Below are positions 11,588-23,213 of a stretch of 64,000 nucleotides of DNA, one piece after another. The DNA comes from Bdellovibrionales bacterium (GTDB taxonomy: Bacteria; Bdellovibrionota; Bdellovibrionia; Bdellovibrionales; UBA1609): assembly GCA_965261545.1 (NCBI GenBank), contig CBDHDF010000010.1:992001-1056000 (forward strand). The letters are read 5' to 3'. Below the pieces are notes generated by a model. The model searched no databases and was not told where the DNA came from. It was given only the letters and a program-made list of their open reading frames with translations. The number at the start of each line of letters is the position of its first letter. Positions within the stretch are counted from its first letter, which is position 1. A program made the position numbers and the translations under genes.

Positions 11588-13874
11588 AAGAATAAAAAAC
11601 CACGAACACCTATGAGAAGCTTCCTGATTTTATTTATGGCTGAAGACACGTCAATATTTTCTATTTTCATACTTACCTTATGAAAATATTAACATGCCTT
11701 TTTTTCATTAAAAAAAATGCACTAGGATTCGTTCTAAGAAGCAAAAGGAATGAGAAGTGCCCCCCGCGACCTATGTTTCACAATCTTTCAATACTATGGC
11801 TCTCAGAGAGTTTAAGGCATATGCAGGAACATATTCGATAAAGAACAAATGAAAGAGGTCGTTTGCTTCAAAAACTTGTCAAGAATTTTTATACTTTTTT
11901 TAAAAAAATTGTTCGAATTAATGCGGCACCCCCTGAATAGTTACTATGAATCTCCGGGGTAGTTTGGACGCACGAATCCACTATCCGTTCTTCGAATTTT
12001 TTCAAATGTCCGAGTTTTTAAATCATCCTACATTACATGAAATCATACTTTTTTAACGCTCTAATCCACCTTGGTGCATTTTTTTTCACCATGAGCTTTT
12101 CATAGTCAATTCCAGGGTCTTTGTAGGGGGTGTCATTACTTATGACTGAATAAACAACTCCCATCATTTTGTGACCAACGGCAATCACTGATCTCTTGTG
12201 CCCACGCCTTATAACAAGTGATTGGTATTTGCCTTTGAATTGTGAATTCGTCTTAATAGCACTATTGGCCATCTCACATACCAACGATTTCACATATGTG
12301 TTCGCTTTCCTCGTTCGTGAAGACTTTTTTTTCCTGCGCTCTCATTATTGGATGGGCAAATCCCCATCCAGGAGCAAAAATTTCCTTTATTTTTAAAAGA
12401 CTTCACATTGCCTCCTATTTCTGCAATCAAAAGCGCTGCACTTAATTCGTCAATTCCAGGTATAGTCTGGAGTAGATGCCACTGCCTTTCATAGGGTTTC
12501 ATACGAATGAAAAGTTCTTCTTCAATTTGAGAGCATTCTTTTTTCAAAAAATCTATTCGATCAAGAATGCGTTGAAGAACAAAACGATTTTCTTCCGTCA
12601 TCTTTCCCGACAGGGCGTAAGAAAATTCTTCGGTCTTTTGACGTAAAGACCCTCTGGCAAGAGACATCAATTTAGAAACTGATCTCTCTCCATTAGCTAG
12701 TTTCTGTCCAGAAAGGCCCATTTTTTGTTCTCTGACACTCCCCATTGAGCCTCCCAATGCCTCAATGGGGGAGTGAGAGTTGGAGATTTGCCACACAAAC
12801 TCTACAGATTAAGGGGAAAAAGGTCTTTAAGCGACTTGCGCCCTAGTTTTTTCGATTTGAAGACGCACCCCTACCTTTGGAAGATTTTAGCACCTTCGAC
12901 CTGGTCCATTGCTGTTATTCCTAATGGATAAATTTAGGTGACAGTTGATAATTCATGTCTTGCCAAGACAACAAAATTATAGGCACAAACGGCATTCTTT
13001 ACATACCTCTTAAAACCATCATGCCCTTTCCAGTAAGCAACTCTCATACCAAAACATCTCTTAAGGAATGAAATAACAGCCTCTATTCCGGCTCTCCAAT
13101 TGAGAAGATTTTTAAAGACCCAAGCACTTTTAACCATCTTTAATATTTTCATTCCTTTTTTTTCTGGGAAGCAAACATCTTTAGCCCCCATCTCTTTGGC
13201 CTCTTCAAGATTTTCTTTTGAAGCAAACCCACCATCTGCACTTACTTTTACAGGGCAAGCCCCATAGGTTTGTGTCACTGAATTCATAACTTTTAAAAAC
13301 ATATCAGAGTCTGCGGGGTTGCCATCAGGGATCTGACAATCTAAAATCATGTTGCTTTGCCCTGAGGTCAAAAAGATTTTATGCCCAAACTCGACTTCTC
13401 TTTGCCCCTTTACAATAATGTCTGTATGCGGTTCAAAGATGGATAGGACCTTTTTTTCAGAAGATACTTTTTTCCCCTCAATAACTCTTTTTTGAGTTTG
13501 AAAGATGATTTTTTCCAGGTAGAAGGCAACATTTTCTAACTGTTTTAGACTCTTTTTCAAAGCATTCATCTTCACACATTTTTGTTCTTTTTTTATCTTT
13601 CTGATGGTATCAGGTAATCCTTTGTTCAATTTGGTAGCGATTTTTAAAAGCTCCTTATAGCAAGGTAGTCTTTCCGCATCATTTTTGGAATTATTAATTT
13701 TGTAAAGCAAGGTTTTTGCTCTCTTAAGATCTTCTCTTGAAATAAGTCGCCAAAAATCTTTCATGACATTTTTACGAACTTTTTTAAATTCTCTTTCTGT
13801 AACTCTTATGCAGTCATATAAAAGCGATGCATCCGTTGGATGATGAATATTTGATCACTCATGTTGATACCCCC

Positions 13875-15920
13875 TTAGTAACGTAGCTTTTTAATTGATC
13901 CGGACTTAAGTTTTTTAAAGTCAGATATGGTTTTTTTCTTATCTGGAAAGAGATAAGCCTTTGTTTTCTCGTGTTTTTTGACAATGATCCTCCCTTGTTT
14001 AATATGGTGATAAATCCAATGAACTTTAACATCAATAAGTGCTGCAATTTGAGATGTTGTGAGGCTTCCCTCGACTTTGGTCGGAAAAGAGTGCTTTCGA
14101 TTCCGATAGATTTTATTGTTTAGTCTATAGGACTTCACAGTATTTCTGAGAAAAGTGGTATCCATTGGTGATCTGAATCCTTTTTGGGTCAATAGTTTGG
14201 CAATATCTTCATCAGACACCCCAAGCTTGACCTGATGCGCAATTATTTTCTTTATCGTTTCAGAAGATGACAGTTCATCAAAAGATCCAACTTTGATTGG
14301 AATGCTAGCTTCTGTTGTATCTCCTCCAATCCAAACAATTCTCAGTGCAACCATATCTCTTTTCTTTCTGTGAATGACAACCTTTTCAACCAATGTTCTA
14401 AGAATTTTCTTTTTCATGTCTTTGGTCAATATCTTATCCTCCCATAGCGAAGGTAGTTTTTGATTCAAATCTGAAAATTCTCTTTTCATTTTTTGAGAGA
14501 TCACAGTTGGAATACGCTGTTCATTCTTAACCCTCTCTAGGTGATCTTCGGCTTTTTTAAGTATTACTAAAGCCTCTTCCCATTGTGTTTCTAATTCATC
14601 TGCAACAAGTCTATTCTCAGGGTCTACTTTGCGATACCTCTTTTCTACCAGTTGAGCTTCATACCTTAAACGCTGAATTTGCTGAATGTGTGATTTGTAA
14701 ACCTCTTGGTCAATTTTTGACTTATTTTCTAAAGCCTTGGCATACAAGTCTAGCTCGACAGGGGAAAGAACCTTAAAAAAAGCGTTTACTACATAATCAT
14801 CGATTGGATCTGTAGGAATGAATTGGCAAGTAGGTTCCCGATGTTGTTGGCGTAGATAGTTGCATAAGTATCGAGTTGCTGTTTTATACTGCACTGACAT
14901 TTTGTGGCCACATTCTCCACAATAGACTATCCCATGTAAGAGGGCCTTACCAGGGCGAGGTATGCCTCTTGTTTTATTACGAGTATATTCAGTGTAGTTG
15001 TCTTTTAGAATTTCTTGTATCTTTAAGAATGTATTCCAATCGATATATTTAGGATATTTATCTTTCACAACAATTTTCCATTCATTAAGTGGAAGCTTTG
15101 TACGCTTAAGTTTTCCAGCTAAGTCTTTTCTACGGTATTCAGCTTTGCCATATACAAAAGTTCCGCTATAAGCTGGATTCTTCAAAATAGAAAGTATGGC
15201 TGCCTTGGATGTTTTTTTCCAATGAATACTTTTTACAAAATCAACTCTTGGAAGTAAGAGGTTGTTATCGTTAAAAAATCGCGACACCTTACCGGCTGAT
15301 TTCAGTTTTAAGAATATAGTAAATACTAAATTTATGCGATCTTGTAAATCTTTATTTGGATCTTTTAGCACTTTACCTTGTTCTGTTCGAATAAAACCAA
15401 CTGGTAATTTAAGAGCTAAATCTCCTCGCTTGGCTTTGTTGAGAAGACCTGCTGTTAATCTATTGCGTATCGTAAATAATTCCATTTCTGAGAGTTGACC
15501 TTTAAACCCGAGTAACATTCTTCCATTAACATTAGAAGGGTTATAAATAGACTCTCTATCAGCAATGAGGCAATTCTTAAAAGCACACAGATCAAGTAAT
15601 TGGTACCAGTCCGTACAGTTTCTAGATAGACGAGTGACATCGTACGATAGAATAATACCAATTTTTTCCAAGGTCACTTCTGCAAGGATATTCTTGAAGC
15701 CTTCTCTAAACTGTATACTACTTCCTGTGATCCCCAAATCATCATCGACAATTTCAATACTATCTTCTTGCCAACCTAATTCAGTAGCTCTTTGCCTGAG
15801 TGAGTATTGAAGGTCGAGACTTTCTTTGTTTTTGATGGCTTGCTGAGGGGTCGACTGTCTGATGTATATTATGGCTTTTCTCTTTAAGTGAATAGGTGTA
15901 ATCAATTCCGATGTTTTCAT
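13875..15920 (-). CDS. Large serine recombinase with Zn ribbon, coiled coil and C-terminal HTH-like extension (Y4bA-like)
   Basis: YIRQST catalytic motif, D.TRLSRN, LKNPAYSG, CGECG, VDPENRLVA.ELE..W. Start taken at MKTSELIT (15920). Confidence 0.92.
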   Translation of the reverse strand: MKTSELITPIHLKRKAIIYIRQSTPQQAIKNKESLDLQYSLRQRATELGWQEDSIEIVDDDLGITGSSIQFREGFKNILAEVTLEKIGIILSYDVTRLSRNCTDWYQLLDLCAFKNCLIADRESIYNPSNVNGRMLLGFKGQLSEMELFTIRNRLTAGLLNKAKRGDLALKLPVGFIRTEQGKVLKDPNKDLQDRINLVFTIFLKLKSAGKVSRFFNDNNLLLPRVDFVKSIHWKKTSKAAILSILKNPAYSGTFVYGKAEYRRKDLAGKLKRTKLPLNEWKIVVKDKYPKYIDWNTFLKIQEILKDNYTEYTRNKTRGIPRPGKALLHGIVYCGECGHKMSVQYKTATRYLCNYLRQQHREPTCQFIPTDPIDDYVVNAFFKVLSPVELDLYAKALENKSKIDQEVYKSHIQQIQRLRYEAQLVEKRYRKVDPENRLVADELETQWEEALVILKKAEDHLERVKNEQRIPTVISQKMKREFSDLNQKLPSLWEDKILTKDMKKKILRTLVEKVVIHRKKRDMVALRIVWIGGDTTEASIPIKVGSFDELSSSETIKKIIAHQVKLGVSDEDIAKLLTQKGFRSPMDTTFLRNTVKSYRLNNKIYRNRKHSFPTKVEGSLTTSQIAALIDVKVHWIYHHIKQGRIIVKKHEKTKAYLFPDKKKTISDFKKLKSGSIKKLRY

Positions 15921-16017
15921 ATATAATCTCCTCAATGGCTAAAGTTAAGTCTTTGATGACTTGCTTTTGAATTTCTTTTGGCAGTCTTGGCCAGACATCT
16001 TTTGGTGTAATTGACAT
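15781..16017 (-). CDS. Small hypothetical protein of LSR element A
   Basis: VWPRLPKEIQKQVI helical ORF overlapping the recombinase start. Resembles small ORFs that often precede such recombinases. Confidence 0.45.
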   Translation of the reverse strand: MSITPKDVWPRLPKEIQKQVIKDLTLAIEEIIYENIGIDYTYSLKEKSHNIHQTVDPSASHQKQRKSRPSILTQAKSY

Positions 16018-16211
16018 AGTTGCTCTTCCAGTTGTTGAGTCAGTGAAATTAGCTCCTGAATTGCAACTATACCAAGTTTGCTTGGGGCCTGCCTATCGTA
16101 GAGATTGGGGTTCAGATTGGTAGAAGCCAATGGTATGCGTAGCGTCATGTGGTTCTTGTATTGAACAAAAGCAAAAGTAGATTTTTTCTGATTTTTAGGT
16201 ATGGAAATCAC
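15945..16211 (-). CDS. Small hypothetical protein of LSR element A (Y4bD-like)
   Basis: First ORF of the element, with a LRIPLASTNL motif. Confidence 0.5.
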   Translation of the reverse strand: MISIPKNQKKSTFAFVQYKNHMTLRIPLASTNLNPNLYDRQAPSKLGIVAIQELISLTQQLEEQLCQLHQKMSGQDCQKKFKSKSSKT

Positions 16212-18148
16212 CTTGAATGACTTCCTATAAAGGGGATGGGAGGGGTCCGTGACCCTTAGCTCTCTAAAACCTCTGTCGTTGACGGGGGTATTAAGTAATG
16301 GACTCGTTTGATTTCGTCACTGTACTGTCCAATCTCATTTTCTTACACGGCTCAATCTTTTGATCTCTTGCATCTGAAACTAAAGAGGCGCTAATAATTC
16401 CCCAAGTTTCTTCACTTATTTGAACAATCAAGTCCTGTAAGGTGGAGTGAGCGTAATTTTCTTCCAATTCAAGGCCCAGAAAAGCTCTGGTGGATACTGA
16501 ATCGACAAGATTAAAGGCTAACGCACGATAGGAAAGACCTCTTATGGATTTAAGAATAGCCACCTTGAGAACTTGCTCCGATGTCATACCAATATCACCA
16601 GAATCTTTCTTTTCTTTAACAAGGTCTTCATGAACCATATGGGCAAACTCTGGATGGCGATCAATGATGTTATTAATTTGCTGCAATTCTGTACTGAGTT
16701 GGTGGTTAGGATATTGGGAAAAGAGTCCCAACTGTGTCTTCTTCAAATGGCGCATAGTCCCCCCTTTGGTGAAAGTTTCTCTTTAATTTTTATATTAACA
16801 TACGTTTTTTTGAGGGAAAAAAGTGAGCAAGGATGTCTTTTAAGAAGAAAAAAATCAGAGAGGTTCTCGGAGAACATGGATAAGAATTCTACCTCATAGA
16901 GAGGTTCCCACGCCTCCTAAAACCTACATAAAAAATAAATGAAGAATAAAATATCAAAAATTATTTCTCTGAAAAAACACGTCAAGTATTTTTTGAAGTT
17001 GATGCGCAACGTAATGTTATTTCCCTGAAGGAGGTTTGAAATCACCACGGTGGAAACACAGGTTGATCCAACTCTTCCTCTCATATCAAGTAACCAGTTG
17101 ATAGCCACATAAGTCACTGAAAGGGAGGGGCTGTGAAAGGTTCGTCAAGAGAGGGGGGGGAACTTATTTTATTTTTCCGTTTTATGTAAGTAACTGAATT
17201 TACACGGATTATGTTTGATGGACTCCATTTTAAAGCATAAAATCTAAAGGGAAGGCATGTAAATACTTAAAACTACTTAACTTTCTTCCCTGGACAGGAA
17301 CTAGCTATGGCACGAATCATGGCCATACCAGATACGCAGTCAGCTTTAGACATTGCATAGGTTAAACGAATGCCTGAATATTCAAGAACCTTATACATAC
17401 GATTTTGTTCCGAAGATATTTGGCGGATCGTTTTTGTACGATAACGAGCCAAAAGTCTAATAGAACGAATCTCACGTGGAGGAATGAAGCTAGCTCTTAG
17501 AAGACCACAAGCACCAAGCTCTGCAATCCACTGGCTATCCAACACGTCAGTTTTTTTACCAGTAATATTTTTGACATGAAAGGCATTGATAACATCTACT
17601 TCATAACCTTTTTCTGTCAAATCATCGTATAAAGAATTCCAATAAATCCCTGTGCTCTCAAAAAGAACTCTCTCAACCTTATGTGGCTTCATCCAAGAGC
17701 GCATTCTAGGAAAATTTTTTGGAAAATTCTTGAACTCTTTTGTGAAAAACTTCTTCTTACCGTCTTCCACTTTGACAATCGTACACATCAACATATGTTG
17801 ATGAACATCTATTCCACAAACAGAACTATAAATAATATCCACATGACTCCTCCTTTCTGTTAGAAAAAAAGAAGGTGATAAAACTAGAGCCTTGGGATTT
17901 TGCCATAAATTCTAAAGCGAAAATAGGTCAACTTACTATGAATCTCCGGGGTAGTTTGGACGCACGAATCCACTATCCGTTCTTCGAATTTTTTCAAATG
18001 TCCGAGTTTTTAAATCATCCTACATTACATGAAATCATACTTTTTTAACGCTCTAATCCACCTTGGTGCATTTTTTTTCACCATGAGCTTTTCATAGTCA
18101 ATTCCAGGGTCTTTGTAGGGGGTGTCATTACTTATGACTGTAAAATTG

Positions 18149-20058
18149 GTTACGGTAGGAATGCGTGTTGCCACGCACCCCCCGCACAGATCCGGACGTG
18201 CTCGTTAAAGCATCCGGCTCCTACTTCAGGTGGTACCGCATAGCGAACCTATCTGTTGGCCACGGGTGGCGTATGGATATACGAGGCCAGAATAGACGAA
18301 TCATTCTATCCAACCTCTTCCACGAGAATCTCCGTCCACGCTGTGAGCGTCGTCGGATGGCTTTCATCCAAGCACTCCTGATTGCGCAAATAAATTTTCG
18401 TAGGTACACCGTACTTCCTGGAACCGCAAAATAATTGAGCCAGCCTTTGATGACCAAACCCAACCACTTTGCACATTCCGCTAGGTCCCTCGTGTAGACT
18501 CGTTTTCTCAGACTCAGCTTCAGGTGCTGTAAGGTCCGGCAGACTCTCTTGGATATGGGTTTACGCCCTATCCTAAAGCCTCCTTTCCTCGTGCGCACAC
18601 AAAAGTGAGTGAATCCTAAGAAATCAAAAGTCTCGGAGTGACCAAGACCTCGTCGGCGGCAATTTGCATTTGCAAATCGACCGAACTCTATGAGGCGAGT
18701 TTTCCCCGGATGTATTTCTAGAGAAAACTCCTTAAGCCTGCGCTTCAGATCATTGAGGAAGCGTTCAGCTTCCCCCTTGTATTGAAAGCCTACGACAAAG
18801 TCATCGGCGTAGCGAACAAATATCATGTCCCCTGTGGCATGGTCCTTGCGCCATTTCTGCATCCATAAATCCAACACATAATGTAAATATATGTTGGCGA
18901 AGATAGGGGAAATATTTGAACCTTGAACGGTCCCTCTCCCTGTGTCTTCTAAGACGCCTTGAGATAGCACTCCGCACTTGAGCCACTTTTCAAAGAGACG
19001 AATGAGTCTCTCATCTCCGATGAGGTGTTTTAGAAAGCGAATTAGAGTCTTTCTATCCACGCTATCGAAGTAGGATTTTATATCCGCATCCAATATGTAG
19101 CTGATCTTCCTACGCTCTATTCCGTAAGCCAGAGCATCCAACGCATTATGCGCTCCACGCCCTGGACGGAATCCGTAGCTATAACCGAGGAAATGTTCCT
19201 CGTAGATGGGAGAGAGGATGCTGTCTACAACGGCCTTCTGGACAATCTTGTCCTCCAAGGCCAGGACACCCAAGGGTCTTGTGCCCCCGTCTGACTTGGG
19301 TATTTCTACCCGCAAGACAGGTTGCCCTTTGTAAGCACCCGTGTGGACCCGACGATGTAAATCGAACAGGTTTTGCACGAGGTTCTCGCCATACTCCTTC
19401 CATGTTAAATGGTCCACTCCCGCACTGGCTCCCCTATTCAAATAGAGGTAAGCCAAGTGGAGGGCTTCCACAGATACATGGTGAAGCAAGCAAGTGAGCT
19501 TACCATCCTTTCTCTTTGCTGCTATACGGACTCGCTCCGTCGCCTGTGACACCTTTTCCCAACTCTGTGTTCGGCAGATGCTTTGACGGATTGAGTTCCC
19601 TTCAGTTCCACCCCTTCGCTCCAAGGACTCCGCTGGGCTTGTAGGCCCTTTGTTCGTCCTCTTCATCGCTACTATGAGTGGATCCGATTTCTTTATTTCG
19701 TTCATGGGTTACGGTTACCTCCTTTCCCATGTCGCCCGTCGCACATGACGGGGTTAAATAAAGACCTCCCGAGGTCCCGAGATAAGATTCATGTATGTGC
19801 CAGTTTCTACGACGCCGTGGAGTCACCCACCAACTCACCATAGCGCTGGTGGGTATGTTGCGTTCGGCTACCATGACAGCCTCCGCACTCCAGAGTTCGG
19901 CATTTTCGACGCTCAATTATTTGGCCCACACACACCCCTACCGATACATCGCTTCGGCCTCACGGCCGACAGCGCACGGCTTGGGGAGAGAAGTGGTCGG
20001 TTGACCTTCCTCTCGGGGGACTCTAACCCCCTATCTTATCTCAGTTCGCCCGGCGAAC
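18149..20058 (-). mobile_element. Group II intron, copy 1 (1910 nt, intact)
   Basis: RT/maturase ORF. Domain V GAGCCGGATGC...GCACGTCCGGATC and domain VI ending CCTACCGTAAC. 5' end GTTCG. Confidence 0.95.
18221..19705 (-). CDS. ltrA: Group II intron reverse transcriptase/maturase, no endonuclease domain
   Basis: RPLG, SYGFRPGR, DADI..YFD, QGS.ISP, YADD, FDFLGF, GWLNYF. Ends HPWP..RF. Confidence 0.95.
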   Translation of the reverse strand: MNEIKKSDPLIVAMKRTNKGPTSPAESLERRGGTEGNSIRQSICRTQSWEKVSQATERVRIAAKRKDGKLTCLLHHVSVEALHLAYLYLNRGASAGVDHLTWKEYGENLVQNLFDLHRRVHTGAYKGQPVLRVEIPKSDGGTRPLGVLALEDKIVQKAVVDSILSPIYEEHFLGYSYGFRPGRGAHNALDALAYGIERRKISYILDADIKSYFDSVDRKTLIRFLKHLIGDERLIRLFEKWLKCGVLSQGVLEDTGRGTVQGSNISPIFANIYLHYVLDLWMQKWRKDHATGDMIFVRYADDFVVGFQYKGEAERFLNDLKRRLKEFSLEIHPGKTRLIEFGRFANANCRRRGLGHSETFDFLGFTHFCVRTRKGGFRIGRKPISKRVCRTLQHLKLSLRKRVYTRDLAECAKWLGLVIKGWLNYFAVPGSTVYLRKFICAIRSAWMKAIRRRSQRGRRFSWKRLDRMIRLFWPRISIRHPWPTDRFAMRYHLK

Positions 20059-21275
20059 CATGGCATTGCCCGCACCAGTTGGTTACGGTAGGAATGCGTG
20101 TTGCCACGCACCCCCCGCACAGATCCGGACGTGCTCGTTAAAGCATCCGGCTCCTACTTCAGGTGGTACCGCATAGCGAACCTATCTGTTGGCCACGGGT
20201 GGCGTATGGATATACGAGGCCAGAATAGACGAATCATTCTATCCAACCTCTTCCACGAGAATCTCCGTCCACGCTGTGAGCGTCGTCGGATGGCTTTCAT
20301 CCAAGCACTCCTGATTGCGCAAATAAATTTTCGTAGGTACACCGTACTTCCTGGAACCGCAAAATAATTGAGCCAGCCTTTGATGACCAAACCCAACCAC
20401 TTTGCACATTCCGCTAGGTCCCTCGTGTAGACTCGTTTTCTCAGACTCAGCTTCAGGTGCTGTAAGGTCCGGCAGACTCTCTTGGATATGGGTTTACGCC
20501 CTATCCTAAAGCCTCCTTTCCTCGTGCGCACACAAAAGTGAGTGAATCCTAAGAAATCAAAAGTCTCGGAGTGACCAAGACCTCGTCGGCGGCAATTTGC
20601 ATTTGCAAATCGACCGAACTCTATGAGGCGAGTTTTCCCCGGATGTATTTCTAGAGAAAACTCCTTAAGCCTGCGCTTCAGATCATTGAGGAAGCGTTCA
20701 GCTTCCCCCTTGTATTGAAAGCCTACGACAAAGTCATCGGCGTAGCGAACAAATATCATGTCCCCTGTGGCATGGTCCTTGCGCCATTTCTGCATCCATA
20801 AATCCAACACATAATGTAAATATATGTTGGCGAAGATAGGGGAAATATTTGAACCTTGAACGGTCCCTCTCCCTGTGTCTTCTAAGACGCCTTGAGATAG
20901 CACTCCGCACTTGAGCCACTTTTCAAAGAGACGAATGAGTCTCTCATCTCCGATGAGGTGTTTTAGAAAGCGAATTAGAGTCTTTCTATCCACGCTATCG
21001 AAGTAGGATTTTATATCCGCATCCAATATGTAGCTGATCTTTCTACGCTCTATTCCGTAAGCCAGAGCATCCAACGCATTATGCGCTCCACGCCCTGGAC
21101 GGAATCCGTAGCTATAACCGAGGAAATGTTCCTCGTAGATGGGAGAGAGGATGCTGTCTACAACGGCCTTCTGGACAATCTTGTCCTCCAAGGCCAGGAC
21201 ACCCAAGGGTCTTGTGCCCCCGTCTGACTTGGGTATTTCTACCCGCAAGACAGGTTGCCCTTTGTAAGCACCCGT

Positions 21276-23213
21276 TACTCCTCGGACACAATAGACAACT
21301 TTTCCATTGAAATTTCCATAAATATATATAATCATTCACTTTATGCAAGTGGTCGTAAATATGCTCACTATCGTTGGCATCCACCTGAGGATTCTTCCCA
21401 TTTAGCTTCGAACCATAGTCAAAGGAATGATAATGGCCCACCAAACAAAACATCAAAATCCATGGACAGCTCAGCTAAAAAGTGTCTATCAAAGCGACCA
21501 AACCACACGGATTCAACAGACATACGAAGTTGTTGTTCCAAAAATAAAGAAACAATTAAAGCAGAAAGTAAAACAACAGAAAATAATGGAGGTTAAAAAT
21601 GGAAACATCAGTAGCTCTTTATTGTCGAGTGTCCTCAGATAAACAAGCTCAAGAGGGAACCATTGATTCACAGATTTCTAGTCTTCACGATTTCGCTAAG
21701 GAACACAATTTTTGTGTAGAGGAGGATCTTATATTTATGGATAATGGTGTGAGTGGCGCCACCCTTGTTCGTCCTGCTTTAGACTCTCTTCGCGACAAAG
21801 CTTTTTCTGGGGAGGTTACAAAGGTACTTGTGTTATGTCCAGACAGATTAGCTCGTAAATATGCCCATCAATTGATTCTAATTGAAGAATTTCAGAGGCT
21901 AGGTGTTGAAATTATTTTTTCTAATAGAGATATTACAAATTCACCCGAAGATCAGCTTTTGCTACAAATACAAGGAGTCATTTCAGAATATGAAAGAGAA
22001 AAAATTATGGAAAGAAGTCGAAGGGGTAAACTTCAAAAGGCTTCTAAGGGCTTTGTTAGCGTTTTATGTGGAGCCCCCTATGGTTATATATATATTCTGA
22101 AAACAGACTCCGCTGACGCACGATATGAAATCCATCCAGAAGAGTCTAAAGTTGTTAAAAATATTTTTCAAATGTATTGCCGAAACAAACTAAGTATTAG
22201 AGCAATTGCAAAGGAATTAAATATAAGGGGGGTGCCTACTAGAAGACAACAAGGTATTTGGGGGCGTTCAACTATCTTGTGTATGCTTAAAAATCCCGCT
22301 TATTATGGACAAGCTGCTTTTAGAAAGACTATCAAGGTAGAAAGGTTGCGTCCAACCAAGTTCGCAAGAGACAATAATTTTTATCCAAAAAAACATAAAT
22401 CAAGTTCTTCCAATCGAAATAAAAAGGATTGGATATATATTCCCGTTCCATCTATAATTTCTTCAAAAACTTTTCAAGATGCGTCCAGCCAATTGGAAGC
22501 TAACAAAAAACTTTCCTCTCGGAATAATAAAAAATATGAGTATTTGTTAAGTGGTCTTTTACGATGCAAAGAGTGTGGTTATTCGATCTATGGCAAACCT
22601 GCTTCTCACTCAAGGTATAAGCTTTGTTATTATCGCTGCATGGGACAAGATGGTTATAGGTGGCCAGCTAAAGGTAGAGTTTGCTCATCTCATCCCGTAA
22701 GAGTTGAAGTTTTAGATGACTTAGTTTGGGAACAAACAGTTAAATTACTTGAAAATCCTCAGACAGTTATAGATGAGTATACAAGTAGAATTCATGAGCA
22801 AAAAGGTGAACAACAATCATTGGAAAAATTAATTGTAAAAAAGGCTCAGGAGATTCGTCAAATAACACATGAAAAGGAACGTCTCTTGGATCTTTATCAA
22901 AATGGAACTCTAAATCTATCAGAAATAGAGTCACGATTAAAAAAAATAAGAGGAAAAATAAAGCAACTTGAAAATGAAAAGCAATCTTTAGAGTATGAGC
23001 AAAGGCAAGAAGGACAACAACTACAGCTTGTAGATCAACTCCAAGAATTCCAAAAAAAAGTGAGTGCCAATTTAAAGGTATTGAGTTTTGAGCAAAAAAA
23101 GGAGATTGTAAGGCTACTGGTGAAGGAGGTTGAGGTGAACATTAAGGCAAGTGAAATTGTAGTTCGACACGTTGTGCCAACCTCCAAAAGTTTGCCATTG
23201 TGTCCGGGGAGTA
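21276..23213 (+). mobile_element. Minimal LSR element B (1938 bp plus GT core)
   Basis: GT at both junctions (21274-75, 23214-15). Terminal IR TACTCCTCGGACACAAT / ATTGTGTCCGGGGAGTA (16/17). Confidence 0.9.
21427..21642 (+). CDS. Small hypothetical protein upstream of the recombinase (possible accessory/directionality factor)
   Basis: AAGGA upstream, overlaps the recombinase start, contains QTYEVVVP. Function is inference only. Confidence 0.4.
   Translation: MIMAHQTKHQNPWTAQLKSVYQSDQTTRIQQTYEVVVPKIKKQLKQKVKQQKIMEVKNGNISSSLLSSVLR

Larger units (their letters stand above)
9598..11614 (+). mobile_element. IS4-family element with divergent passenger gene, copy 1
   Basis: 21-bp TIR CATAGGTGTTCGTGGTTTTTT. 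10-bp TSD AGAAGCTTCC (9588-9597, 11615-11624). Confidence 0.93.
8207..11670 (-). pseudogene. IS66 transposase, split near its 5' end by IS4
   Basis: LNSQNSS..PS.D, KPGGQPGH.G, HADETG, CNAHHLREL, FTNNIAENDLR motifs. The start MKIENIDVSSAINKIRKLL at 11670 joins in frame across the IS4 TSD. Confidence 0.9.
8203..11944 (-). mobile_element. IS66-family element (single-ORF, ISBst12-like), interrupted by IS4
   Basis: Perfect 18-bp TIR GTAACTATTCAGGGGGTG / CACCCCCTGAATAGTTAC. 8-bp TSD CTTTAGAG at 8195-8202 and, displaced, at 29314-29321. Confidence 0.92.
13856..16312 (-). mobile_element. Minimal LSR element A (2457 bp; recombinase plus two small ORFs)
   Basis: Boundaries defined by comparison with intact ISNCY. 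TTTGAT occurs at both junctions (13850-13855, 16307-16312). Subterminal imperfect IR TTGATACCCCC / GGGGGTATTAA. Confidence 0.85.
12934..16755 (-). pseudogene. ISNCY transposase split by LSR element A
   Basis: Both halves match 6233-7597. The break is at ...VTKSN|IHHPTD. Confidence 0.9.
12700..17301 (-). mobile_element. ISNCY copy 2 (inverted), interrupted by LSR element A
   Basis: Same TIRs as copy 1. TAGCTA at 12694-12699 and 17302-17307. The empty site CATTAGCTATGG is visible at 28038-28049. Confidence 0.92.
12033..17842 (-). pseudogene. IS110 recombinase/transposase, split by ISNCY and frameshifted
   Basis: CGIDVH, FESTGIYW, KKTDVLDS, TIPGI, ESAGKK motifs. ISNCY inserted at TAGCTA. T8 run near 12325 versus T9 in the other copy. 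Confidence 0.9.

Noticed and set aside
12290..12796. 168-aa ORF (and 17273-17842, 27412-28581 with odd termini) as complete genes
   Set aside because: IS110 fragments fused to sequence from inserted elements.
5685..17301. Composite transposon formed by the two inverted ISNCY copies
   Set aside because: Each copy has its own flanking duplication and copy 2 sits inside IS110a, so they are independent insertions.
18221..19705. RT as retron, DGR, Abi or CRISPR-associated RT
   Set aside because: Has a maturase domain, canonical domains V/VI and three precise insertions, so it is a group II intron RT.
20154..21335. 393-aa ORF as an independent RT gene
   Set aside because: Chimeric: the N-terminus reads out of LSR element B and the rest is the broken intron ORF.
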